A stretch of DNA of 32,000 nt from Hyperthermus butylicus DSM 5456 (GTDB lineage Archaea > Thermoproteota > Thermoprotei_A > Sulfolobales > Pyrodictiaceae), in the NCBI RefSeq assembly GCF_000015145.1, contig NC_008818.1, forward strand, positions 90,001 to 122,000, written 5' to 3'. The notes below the pieces were generated by a model, which worked only from the letters and a program-made list of their open reading frames with translations, did not search any database and had not been told where the DNA came from. The translations under genes were made by a program, and so were the position numbers. Positions 20,573 to 29,343 of this stretch are shown here, in pieces. Within the stretch, counting starts at the first letter, position 1. Each line of letters opens with the position of its first letter.

Positions 20573-21835
20573 GTGTACAATGCATGCTACCCCTGGGGGC
20601 TTGGCTTGCGGGTACTCGACGAGACTGATGCCAGGACTCTCCACAGCTATATTATAGACCTCTACAAGAGCTTCATACCAGTAAAGGCCATTCCACCGGA
20701 TATGGGTGGCGAGGGCGAGCTAGAGCGCGCCAAGGTACTCGAGGATGAGCTTAGAAGACTTGGGCTGAGGGTTTGGCGCGTAGATGCGAGGGATGAGAGG
20801 GCTAGAGGTGGCATAAGGCCCAACATACTCGCCCAGCTCGAGGGCGCCGACACCTCTAGGACTCTCTGGATAGTAGCCCACATGGACACTGTGCCTGAGG
20901 GTGACCGTAGTCTCTGGAGGTATGAGCCTTACAGCGTAACCGTCGAAGATGACTATGTATATGGCCGCGGCGTGGAGGACAACGGCCAGGCAATAGTGGT
21001 AGCTTTTGCAGTGGCCAAGTACCTGGTTGAGAGGGGGGTTAAGCCCAGGGTAAACCTTGGCATCGCCCTTGTCAGCGATGAGGAGACAGGTAGTAGGTAC
21101 GGTCTACAGTATCTTCTCAGTCAGAATGTATTCGGCACTCCGGAGTCCAACTGGTTCCTCGTTCCTGACGCTGGCAGCCCCGATGGCAGCAAGGTTATAG
21201 TTGCAGAAAAACACATACTATGGTTCAAGATCCGTGTCGTAGGTATGCAGGCCCATGCAAGCACACCACACGAGGGGATTAACGCCCATCGGTTGGGTAT
21301 GATGTTTAACCTGGAGCTTGACCGGATCCTTCACACAAGATTTACCAGGTACGACCCAATCTTCGAGCCTCCCGTCTCAACATTTGAGCCTACAAGGAAG
21401 GAGGAGAATGTAAGTAATATTAACACGATACCTGGTGTAGACACGGTATACTGGGATGCCAGGATACTGCCAAGCTATAGCATAGACGAGGTTGTAGAGA
21501 CTGTTAAGTCTACAGCCTACAGCTTTGCCTCAAGCCACGGCATAAAGGTGGAGGTAGAAATTGTTGCGAGGGATGACGCTGGCGAACCAACAAGCCCAGA
21601 CCATCCCTTCACCAGAGCCTTCCTTAGAGCCATAAGAGAGGCTAGGAATGTTGAACCGAAACTACTAGGTATTGGCGGCGGCACGATCGCGAGGTACTTG
21701 AGGAAGAAGGGGTACCCCGCTCTCGTCTGGATGACATGTGAGGAGACAGCCCACAAGCCCAACGAGAGGGCTAGGCTTAGCAGCATACTAGCTGACGTGG
21801 ACACTGTACTCTATTACCTGCTACACGTTGCCTAG
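20573..21835 (+). CDS. M20-family peptidase/deacylase (ArgE/DapE/CPG2-like)
   Basis: LWIVAHMDTVPEGDRSLW, VYGRGVEDNGQAIVVA, LVSDEETGSRYG, AHASTPHEGINAHR. GTG start. Confidence 0.93.
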   Translation: MYNACYPWGLGLRVLDETDARTLHSYIIDLYKSFIPVKAIPPDMGGEGELERAKVLEDELRRLGLRVWRVDARDERARGGIRPNILAQLEGADTSRTLWIVAHMDTVPEGDRSLWRYEPYSVTVEDDYVYGRGVEDNGQAIVVAFAVAKYLVERGVKPRVNLGIALVSDEETGSRYGLQYLLSQNVFGTPESNWFLVPDAGSPDGSKVIVAEKHILWFKIRVVGMQAHASTPHEGINAHRLGMMFNLELDRILHTRFTRYDPIFEPPVSTFEPTRKEENVSNINTIPGVDTVYWDARILPSYSIDEVVETVKSTAYSFASSHGIKVEVEIVARDDAGEPTSPDHPFTRAFLRAIREARNVEPKLLGIGGGTIARYLRKKGYPALVWMTCEETAHKPNERARLSSILADVDTVLYYLLHVA

Positions 21836-22367
21836 GAGGGTGTGGAGCGCCATGCATCTAAGGCTTCGAGCTGCAAGGTACTTCACTATACCCTACAGCG
21901 TCTTTGATATACTGCTACAGATGAGGGGCGCGATAGACCCCGACTCGGGGCAGATAGTATGCCACTTCTATAGTCTCGGCGTTGCAGCCCTTGAAACTTC
22001 AGCTGGAGCCGTACCGGTGATCGTTGTTGATGGCTGCCTCATGGCGAGCTTCGGCAAGGAGAATGTAGAGGCAATACTCTCCTCCGGCTCTGCTGTTGAG
22101 GTTGAAAACTTCACGCTACGTGGAGGTAAGATACTGATTGGCGATGTGGAGATCGATAGTACATGGGGGCTTGCAGCAATAGCCTATGCTGGAGAGACAG
22201 GAGCACCGATTAAGCTCTACAAGCTCCGGCTAGAAATCGATGGTGAGGAGGCACCAATAGCGGGTATATATGTGGAGGCGAGTGATGCAGGTCCCTTACT
22301 CCTCCTCATACCCTCGACCTGCGAGTACATAGAGGTTGAGGAGCCGCAGCCCCCCACCCACATGTAG
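21828..22367 (+). CDS. hypothetical protein
   Basis: 179 aa ORF overlapping the end of the M20 gene by 8 nt and ending 2 nt from the convergent dphB-like stop. Confidence 0.7.
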   Translation: MPRRVWSAMHLRLRAARYFTIPYSVFDILLQMRGAIDPDSGQIVCHFYSLGVAALETSAGAVPVIVVDGCLMASFGKENVEAILSSGSAVEVENFTLRGGKILIGDVEIDSTWGLAAIAYAGETGAPIKLYKLRLEIDGEEAPIAGIYVEASDAGPLLLLIPSTCEYIEVEEPQPPTHM

Positions 22368-22369
22368 GC

Positions 22370-23164
22370 CTAGCAGCTCTTGCAACCACACAATGTTTTC
22401 AACGCCTCAGCCTCCATAGGATGTAGACGTGGCGCCGTTACTACAAGCGTGTGAGGCGGCGGCGGATAACTAGCAGAGGCAACCTCCTCGGGGCGCCCCG
22501 CTATACACACTCCATCCTCCAACCCTGCCCTAGCCACACCAACAATTACCGCGTCTCTCAGCTCGGGCTCCCAGCCTTCCTCATGGGCTAGTTCCTCCTC
22601 TAGGCTCAGAAGCAGCTCGACAGCCTCTGGAACAGTCATTGCACGACCTTCGTCTAGGCGGAGGTCAAGGAGGACCATTGTGTGCAAACCTGCTCTACGG
22701 TTATTCCTTACAACATCGATCGTGCTATATGGCTTAAAGCCCTCCTCGGGGTAGACGAGAGTCACCGGCCTCCCAAATCTGTAGACCTGCAACCCCGTAG
22801 CATCAACCACAGCCTGGAGCCCGGATACCCCTGGCACAACCTCGGCGTCAACTCCTGCCCGACGAGCTTCGAGCAACAGCGCTATATGGGTCGTAGCGTG
22901 TAAGGGATCACCAGGTACAAGCACGACAACATTCATTCTCTGGGCCTCCTCGACAATCCTCCTCGACCCTTGCTCAAGCAGTTCCCTCGAGGCCTTAACA
23001 ATGCGGGCCCGCGGGTTAAGCCTAGTTACCAGCTCCTCATCGATGCCCGGCGCTATACTGGTGTATGTATCAATGTAAACCACATCAGCGGAGCCTATGA
23101 GCTGTATCGCTCTAAGCGTAAGATACCTAGCGGAAATACCGGCACCAACCAGGTAAAGCGGCAA
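22370..23164 (-). CDS. dphB: diphthine synthase
   Basis: MPLYLVGAGISARYLTLRAIQLIGSADVVYIDTYTS...VPGDPLHATTHIALLLEARRAGVDAEVVPGVSGLQ (SAM-dependent tetrapyrrole methylase superfamily, diphthine synthase type). Confidence 0.93.
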   Translation of the reverse strand: MPLYLVGAGISARYLTLRAIQLIGSADVVYIDTYTSIAPGIDEELVTRLNPRARIVKASRELLEQGSRRIVEEAQRMNVVVLVPGDPLHATTHIALLLEARRAGVDAEVVPGVSGLQAVVDATGLQVYRFGRPVTLVYPEEGFKPYSTIDVVRNNRRAGLHTMVLLDLRLDEGRAMTVPEAVELLLSLEEELAHEEGWEPELRDAVIVGVARAGLEDGVCIAGRPEEVASASYPPPPHTLVVTAPRLHPMEAEALKTLCGCKSC

Positions 23165-23242
23165 AACCCTCCCTCCGCCTTGAGAGTCGTGCCGCTGGAG
23201 ATTATAGTCCTACACAGCCAGCCCCTACGCCCGGTGACTAGT

Positions 23243-23944
23243 GTGCCCTCCAGGCCACGCGTTGTGGAGCTAGCTTCTAGGCAGCCAATCCTCCAGATAG
23301 CACTTGACCTAACCTCGCTCGAGGATGCCTTGCTCCTCGCCTCTAGGCTCCGCCGTGGCCTCGGCGATTCGGGCTGGCTAGCTGAGGCCGGTACTCCACT
23401 CATAAAGTCTGAAGGACTGCGCTCAGTGAGCCTCCTGGCCCGGGTGGTTGACCCAGTGCCCGTTGTAGCTGACATGAAGACAGCTGATACCGGCGCGCTC
23501 GAGGCGGAGCTGGCATGCAAGGCAGGGGCTAGTGTCGTTACAGTACTGGGACTAGCGCCAGATGAGACTATAGAGGCTGCCGTAAGGACTGCTCATAACT
23601 GCGGTATGGCTGTAGCTGTCGACATGCTCGGGGTACGCAACGTCCTGGAGAGGGTTGAGGAGCTCGAGCCTCTAGGAGTCGACATCATCGAACTCCATGT
23701 TGGCATTGATGTACAGAGGGCTCTCGGCCTTACGGCGGCTGAGCTGCGCGGGCTAGTCTCAAAGATTGCCTCTAAGTTTAATGGCGTGGTAGCAGTAGCT
23801 GGCGGCCTCAACGAGTCCACAGCGCCAGCAATGATTGAGGCAGGGGCATCGATAGCCATTGTCGGCGGCGCAATAACGAGGAGTAGGGATCCAGTAGGTA
23901 TGGCTAAAAAAATCCTCAAGGCGATACAGAGCGTTAGCCGGTAG
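23243..23944 (+). CDS. 3-hexulose-6-phosphate synthase-like / OMP decarboxylase superfamily protein
   Basis: LQIALDLTSLEDALLLASRL...VVADMKTADTGALEAELACKAGASVVTVLG...VDIIELHVGIDVQ...VVAVAGGLNESTAPAMIEAGASIAIVGGAITRSRDPVGMAKKI. The track start at 22970 would overlap dphB; GTG 23243 or 23264 is more plausible. Confidence 0.87.
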   Translation: MPSRPRVVELASRQPILQIALDLTSLEDALLLASRLRRGLGDSGWLAEAGTPLIKSEGLRSVSLLARVVDPVPVVADMKTADTGALEAELACKAGASVVTVLGLAPDETIEAAVRTAHNCGMAVAVDMLGVRNVLERVEELEPLGVDIIELHVGIDVQRALGLTAAELRGLVSKIASKFNGVVAVAGGLNESTAPAMIEAGASIAIVGGAITRSRDPVGMAKKILKAIQSVSR

Positions 23945-25199
23945 AGGGCTCACGGTAAACTATCACCGGCACACGCTCCCCGGCATTATACCTGCGACCC
24001 TCAACCAACGCTATACCGTCAGCCTCAACATTGCTAACTGTCACCGAGCTTAGCTGCCTCTCACCCGGCAGGGGCTTAGCGTAGAGTACACCGTCACGTA
24101 ATATCAGCTTAACCTTTACCGGCTGCGGCCTCTTGTACTCACCACCCTCTTCAAGCACCGCATAGGCGAAAGCTGGCGGCTCAGCTGCACGAACAACGTT
24201 GCCAAGATACTTCAGCACCGGGTAGAGCACCCTCACAAAACCATGCAGCGCCGATATAGGGTGCCCCGATAGTACGATCAGTAACGGTCCCTTGTCGAGC
24301 TTTAGCGCTGAGGTTGGCCTACCACCTTTAACGTATAGGCCCCGGAACAGCACCCGGCCCCCAAGCCTTTCCGCCAGCTGGTAGAACGTGTCCACAGTGC
24401 TGGGGCCTGAGCCACCCGTCATAACTATGACGTCTGCATTGCGGAACTGCCTAGTTACATACCAGGCTATGGTGTCAACGTCATCAGGTAATAGTACACG
24501 GCCGAGAACTTCCACCCAGGGCGTGTAGCGGCGGATAGCCCACTCTATGAGCCTCCCAGTAGACTCTACAACCTCGCCCCTAAGGACTCTCTCCTCAGCC
24601 TCCATGGGATTGCGGAGTTCGAATATCTCGTTGCCAGTAAGTATCATTGCTAGCCTAACCCTACGATAGACATAGATCCTGGTAACAGCAACATCTAGGA
24701 GACCAACAGCATCAAGCATAGTGACAACATAGCCCTTTGGTAATAGGACTTGCCCACGGCGCGCATAGGCCCCAACTGGGTCAAGGTTCTTGCCTGGCGG
24801 GTAATGCTTCTCGACGATGATATAGCCGTTCTCCCTCCTAGCCTTCTCCTCAGGCACAACAGTGTCAGCACCATCGGGTAGGTAAGCACCCGTGGAGACG
24901 TAAACAGCTGTACCCGGCTCAACACGGTACTCAACGTCGACCCGGCCTATCGTAGCCTCGCCAAGGAGGCGAAGCCTGCCAGGAGTATCTCCGGAACGCA
25001 CAGCATAGCCGTCATAGGCGGAACGTGGCCTCGGGGGAAAATCATAGGCTGCAACAACATCCCTTGACAAGACCCTGCCGACAGCAGTCCACGTGTCGAC
25101 GAGTTCCTCCTCCGCTACTGGCTTCACAGCCTCCATTATCGCCTTAACGGCTTCTTCGACTGGTGTGAGCTTCTCCAGGTAACGTGGAACCTTCTGCAA
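23934..25199 (-). CDS. moeA: molybdopterin molybdenumtransferase (MoeA family)
   Basis: DFPPRPRSAYDGYAVRSGDT, STGAYLPDGADTVVPEE, VIVMTGGSGPSTVD, LLIVLSGHPISALHGF. Confidence 0.95.
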   Translation of the reverse strand: MQKVPRYLEKLTPVEEAVKAIMEAVKPVAEEELVDTWTAVGRVLSRDVVAAYDFPPRPRSAYDGYAVRSGDTPGRLRLLGEATIGRVDVEYRVEPGTAVYVSTGAYLPDGADTVVPEEKARRENGYIIVEKHYPPGKNLDPVGAYARRGQVLLPKGYVVTMLDAVGLLDVAVTRIYVYRRVRLAMILTGNEIFELRNPMEAEERVLRGEVVESTGRLIEWAIRRYTPWVEVLGRVLLPDDVDTIAWYVTRQFRNADVIVMTGGSGPSTVDTFYQLAERLGGRVLFRGLYVKGGRPTSALKLDKGPLLIVLSGHPISALHGFVRVLYPVLKYLGNVVRAAEPPAFAYAVLEEGGEYKRPQPVKVKLILRDGVLYAKPLPGERQLSSVTVSNVEADGIALVEGRRYNAGERVPVIVYREPSTG

Positions 25200-25452
25200 G
25201 ACCCAGCCACGCCCCCCGTGCAGGGTGCTCCGCCTCTCCTCCCGCCTGGAGAGGGGTTAGTGATACTAGCCCCTACAGAGCTAGTGACGGAACCAACAGA
25301 ATAGCTTCGGCTGGGGGTCTCCGGGTGAGTAGGGCCAGGCTCTTCCCCGATGCAGCACCAAGAGTATCCCTATACGCTGACGCCCAGCTACATGCTAGCC
25401 TGCCAGTCGTGCCAGTCGTAAGTGCTGGCGGAGAGATGACTGGAGGGAGACG

Positions 25453-26772
25453 TTAACGCCTCCTAACTTGTTTTGAGCGGAGCACTGCTAGAGGGTATAC
25501 GTCTACCGGCAGATGTTCCTGCTCCACATAGTTATCGCCAAGCCTAACCCAGCCCAGTGTAACGCCATGCACAGCATTAGGCTCAATGTCTCGCCCCACC
25601 TTTACAACAAGCCTCGGCTCTACAGGGTTGAACGACTCTACAAAGGCCAGTACATCACCATCCCTTGTATGGAGGCCGGCAAGCAGCCCCCGAGCCCAGC
25701 CTGGCCTTAGCCAGAACCCTTGTTGCGGCTTTCTCCGAGACTCGACGATAAGTTTACCCGCACAGTCATAGATTACATTATCGCCTTCAACACTGTAATT
25801 GCAGAGGTTCACTATGTCCACATCACGGAGGACAAGGGTTCTCGCTTCCGCAAAGAGCCTCGTATAGAGCCTCTGTCTGAAAACCCTCCGGTCGTGCCTG
25901 CTCCTCTCCCTACGAAGTCGTGGCTGTGGAGCCTCAACAACTTCGAGGCCTCTTGCTCTCAACGCCTTAGCCAGACCCTGGTCAAGCGATATCACTACGT
26001 CAACATTGAGTGTCTCGGCCAGCGCTGCCTTGTACACAACTCCCCTCCCCTGGACATAGCCATCCGTGTCCACCACTATCCTTTGTCCACCACAGCGCAT
26101 GGCAGCGCGTGCTGTAGCCGCAACTACCAGCTCTGCAGCCCTCTCAGCCGATACGTGGCCCACAAAGAATCCTCCAACAGCGCCAGCGTCCTCTAACACT
26201 AGCTTAGCCCCATCGAAGGGCGCATAGGAGACCATCGCCGGGGTGCCCAACTCGTTCTGGCCAACATCAGCCTCGACAACGCATGCCCCAAGGATGTTTC
26301 TCAGCCATGCTGTAAGGGTGGATTTGCCTGACTCAACCGGCCCAACCACAAGCACACGATGCACACCACTACGAGCCAGCTCCTCACCCAGCTTGAGCCA
26401 GCTGAGCGCGACATCATAACCCTCACTGACACGATTCATCGAAGCTCCAGCGCCCAACGAGACGCATACCCTCGAGGCCGTTGTTGCATAGAAGGTGAAC
26501 CCCCTCACACCCCTAACCAATGCTTCCCCGCCAGCAGCTATCGTATAGCCGCTGGCTAGCAGCTCCCCCGAGGAAACCTCGACGCGGGCAGGTCCCGAGA
26601 CCCAAAGCCCCTCGCCAGGAGCTAGCTCTACGCACCCCATCCCAGGCCACAGCCCCGACAGGAAGAGGCAGCCGGTAAGGCCACCCCTAAATACTGCAGC
26701 CACAACCCGTAACTGGGGGCCTCGGGGGCTTGATGGACCGTGTCGCTCCACATAGCTAGGAGGGAGGAGCAC
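25453..26772 (-). CDS. Clp1/Grc3-like polynucleotide 5'-kinase
   Basis: Walker A VVGPVESGKSTLTAWL, VVEADVGQNELGTPAMVS, VVDTDGYVQGRGVVYKAAL. An internal ATG at 26640 (MGCVELAPGEGLWVSG) may be the true start, avoiding overlap with the divergent gene. Confidence 0.87.
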   Translation of the reverse strand: MLLPPSYVERHGPSSPRGPQLRVVAAVFRGGLTGCLFLSGLWPGMGCVELAPGEGLWVSGPARVEVSSGELLASGYTIAAGGEALVRGVRGFTFYATTASRVCVSLGAGASMNRVSEGYDVALSWLKLGEELARSGVHRVLVVGPVESGKSTLTAWLRNILGACVVEADVGQNELGTPAMVSYAPFDGAKLVLEDAGAVGGFFVGHVSAERAAELVVAATARAAMRCGGQRIVVDTDGYVQGRGVVYKAALAETLNVDVVISLDQGLAKALRARGLEVVEAPQPRLRRERSRHDRRVFRQRLYTRLFAEARTLVLRDVDIVNLCNYSVEGDNVIYDCAGKLIVESRRKPQQGFWLRPGWARGLLAGLHTRDGDVLAFVESFNPVEPRLVVKVGRDIEPNAVHGVTLGWVRLGDNYVEQEHLPVDVYPLAVLRSKQVRRR

Positions 26773-26952
26773 CAGGTTGGAAAGTATCGCGTTACACTGC
26801 TCTACACAGAGGACGGAAGCATTGTAGGCGCCATTGTCGAGGGGCCTAGGCTCTCGAGACCTGTCTACATAGCCGCCCAGGAGAAATCATCGCCCCGCAT
26901 TCCCAAACAAGTAAAGAAGTTCCTTGCAAAATATGGGTTCAAGCTACAATAA
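26740..26952 (+). CDS. small hypothetical protein
   Basis: KYRVTLLYTEDGSIVGAIVEGPRLSRPVYIAAQEKSSPRIPKQVKKFLAKYGF; coding-like, 5' end overlaps the divergent kinase ORF. Confidence 0.55.
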   Translation: MSLHIARREEHQVGKYRVTLLYTEDGSIVGAIVEGPRLSRPVYIAAQEKSSPRIPKQVKKFLAKYGFKLQ

Positions 26953-26956
26953 AACC

Positions 26957-27235
26957 CTAGCCTCCCGCTGCCGGCGGGAAGAAGGCCACCCTATCACCGC
27001 TACGGAGCTTGGTCTTTACACCCTCCAGCCACTCTATTGATCGACCATTAACCAGTACAAGCACGTCATCTTGCAGTTCCCCATCCTTTACCAGGCGCCC
27101 TCTAAGCCCCGGAAACTTCTCCTCAAGAATTCTCGCCACATCAAGCACCGTTACACCCTTCGGAACCTCTAGCTCCAGCTCTGTTGACCCCACAGCCTCA
27201 TGAAACCCCGCGTATAGTCTCACCGTGATCTTCAA
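26957..27235 (-). CDS. moaD: MoaD/ThiS-family ubiquitin-like sulfur carrier
   Basis: ITVRLYAGFHEAVGSTELELEVPKGVTVLDVARILEEKFPGL...FFPPAAGG with C-terminal di-glycine. Confidence 0.92.
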   Translation of the reverse strand: MKITVRLYAGFHEAVGSTELELEVPKGVTVLDVARILEEKFPGLRGRLVKDGELQDDVLVLVNGRSIEWLEGVKTKLRSGDRVAFFPPAAGG

Positions 27236-27344
27236 CTACGACCCCACCCCAGATCTGAATATCCTTAACAAGCCCCCTTATCGGGTTACAGCCAGCACAT
27301 ACAGTAAGCCAAGTTAGCCCCCGAACTGAGGCTGGGCAAAAGCT

Positions 27345-28003
27345 TTGAGGAGTCGCGAAGTGCTGCTGAGAGGTGTCGCTGTGACTATGCCTGGCCCTGG
27401 CCTCGTAATTGTGCTGTATGGACAGATAGTGACGATAATGAACCCGTTCACAGCGCTAAACAATTATCTCACACTGACCGAAGGCATGGAGAGAGCTGAG
27501 GCTCGACTTGTGTTGAAGCAGGCAATGATAGTGTGTCATCCTTCTAGGCCTAGTCTTAATACCTACTGGGAGAGCTATACCCGACTTCTACCATCTAAGC
27601 ATCTCAAGCCTCAGGTTTGGCTGTGGAATACTCCTCATGTACATTGCCGTGGGCATGCTCCCTGGACAGCCAAAGGGCAGGAGGGTAGAAAACAAAGAGA
27701 TAGCAGTGGTATCCCCTTGCTACCCCAATGATAGTAGGTCCCGGCACAATGACCCTTCTCATACACCTTGGCGCAACAGAGAGCACTCCAGCCACTATAG
27801 CCGCTTTCCTCCTAGCAGTAACCACCATGGCTGCAGCACTCTGCTCTGCCACGCTGATACAGAGGCTGCTCGGTAGAAACGGTATAAAGGCCATGGCGAG
27901 GTTTATGTCGCTGATAATAGCGGGTATAGCGGCCCAGATGATGTATTCCGCTGTCCGCGTCTGGACATTGCAACTGCTACACCAACCAACAACCACCGGG
28001 TAA
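27345..28003 (+). pseudogene. MarC-family membrane protein gene split over three reading frames
   Basis: Frame A: VLYGQIVTIMNPFTALNNYLTLTEGMERAEARLVLKQAMIV. Frame B: CVILLGLVLIPTGRAIPDFYHLSISSLRFGCGILLMYIAVGML...NKEIAVV. Frame C: YPLATPMIVGPGTMTLLIHLGA...LLGRNGIKAMARFMSLIIAGIAAQMMYSAV. Together they give one MarC-like protein in order. Confidence 0.8.
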
Positions 28004-28054
28004 CACCACTACGCCATAGAGTAGCTCGCAACACTGATGTCGGATTCATTTTAA

Positions 28055-28086
28055 CCCGGTATACCGTCTAGCCAGGTAATACCGGG
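28055..28086. promoter_or_regulatory. inverted repeat immediately upstream of the 28095 CDS
   Basis: CCCGGTAT (28055-28062) / ATACCGGG (28079-28086), perfect 8-bp arms with a 16-nt spacer. Confidence 0.35.
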
Positions 28087-28091
28087 GAGAG

Positions 28092-28520
28092 GTGATGAGC
28101 CTAGCAGCTCTGGAGGTGAGGGAGAAGCAGAGTGTTGCAGAGCGAGAAGAAAATGAAGAACAAGAAACACTAACAGCTGCCGGCACAGCAGCGGTGCTCG
28201 TCTGGACTGCCGAGGAAGGCCGCCGCTACATAAGGAGGCCGCAGCCCCCCTACGCGCTACAAGTGCCTAAGCTTCGCACATGTGGAGACAAGACTCGACA
28301 GATATTAGCCAAGGCAGAAGAGCTAGCTGTCACAGACACAGGGTACAGGATACTGAGGCTATGGGTACCCGACGATGCGTTCACGGGCACCACCTATTAC
28401 ATAGTCCCCATAAAGACCAGGCTGAGGGGCCGCAAGAGAACATGTATACGAATATTCGCCGATCTCGACGACGCCGTACACTACGCTCTCAACCCACCTC
28501 GCGGCACCGAGCCAGCATAA
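28092..28520 (+). CDS. hypothetical protein
   Basis: 142 aa ORF with purine-rich sequence gggagaggtg before ATG 28095; C-terminal half (GYRILRLWVPDDAFTGTTYYIVPIKTRLRGRKRTCIRIFADLDDAVHYAL) looks coding. Confidence 0.6.
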   Translation: MMSLAALEVREKQSVAEREENEEQETLTAAGTAAVLVWTAEEGRRYIRRPQPPYALQVPKLRTCGDKTRQILAKAEELAVTDTGYRILRLWVPDDAFTGTTYYIVPIKTRLRGRKRTCIRIFADLDDAVHYALNPPRGTEPA

Positions 28521-29032
28521 CATTGAACTCTACACGAACTAGGAGCTATCGCACACTCAATGTAGGCCTTGTAGTACCACTCCCGGCAAGCCTCGTAGCC
28601 GAAAAGCTATTACGCTGACCCGAAGTCCCATGCTAAGCCGAGACCCCATAGTCGTGCTGGGCGCTGCGAAGAGAAAATGACTGACCTCGCACCAACCATA
28701 CACTAGTCAAGGTTTTGGGTTTGTCCATGCATAGATAGACAGACTACACGTCTACACGGAAGCCCCGAAAGAGCTAGTACTACGCTACCTTCGCGAACTG
28801 AGGTACTGGAGCACGAGAGAAACAGTATATCGCGTATCTCTCCTCCTCGACGTCCTTGTTGACAAGCTAGACATGGAGATACTACGCTGACAGCTCGCAA
28901 AGAGGGGGCTAGAAAATCTCCCAGACAAAACCCTAGACATGCTCAGAAGTTATACGAGCACCAGAGCAGAGACCTGAAGAGAAGCCCACACAACCGCTAA
29001 CAGAACGCGAGAAACGTGGAGGAGATGGGTAG

Positions 29033-29110
29033 TGGTGGGCCCGCGGGGATTTGAACCCCGGACCTCCGCCGTGTGAGGGCGGCGTCCTAACCAGGCTAGA
29101 CGACGGGCCC
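29033..29110 (-). tRNA. tRNA-Val (anticodon CAC), with encoded CCA
   Basis: Minus strand GGGCCCGTCGTCTAGCCTGGTTAGGACGCCGCCCTCACACGGCGGAGGTCCGGGGTTCAAATCCCCGCGGGCCCACCA: 7-bp acceptor GGGCCCG/CGGGCCC, D stem GTC/GAC, anticodon stem CCGCC/GGCGG with loop CTCACAC, T stem CGGGG/CCCCG with TTCAAAT. Confidence 0.97.
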
Positions 29111-29343
29111 AGCCACACCCATGGTATTCGGCTAGTACCCTATAGCCTCCAGGTAAAATCTTTACGGTCAATGCTCAAGATTTTGTTGGTGTACAGCCCT
29201 AGTCCACTTAGCACCGTTCCCAGCATTAGGGGGTTAGTATTGTGAAGGCTATTCTCCAAGGAGTAGTCTTAATTACATCTAGATGGTGTTGTGTGGTAGG
29301 TTGAATAGGGTTGAATAGTTAGGGTAGACTGTGTTGCTTTCCT

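Noticed and set aside
22970-23242. N-terminal extension of the HPS-like ORF
   Set aside because: Overlaps dphB and encodes non-conserved sequence; homology starts near LQIALDLTSLEDAL.
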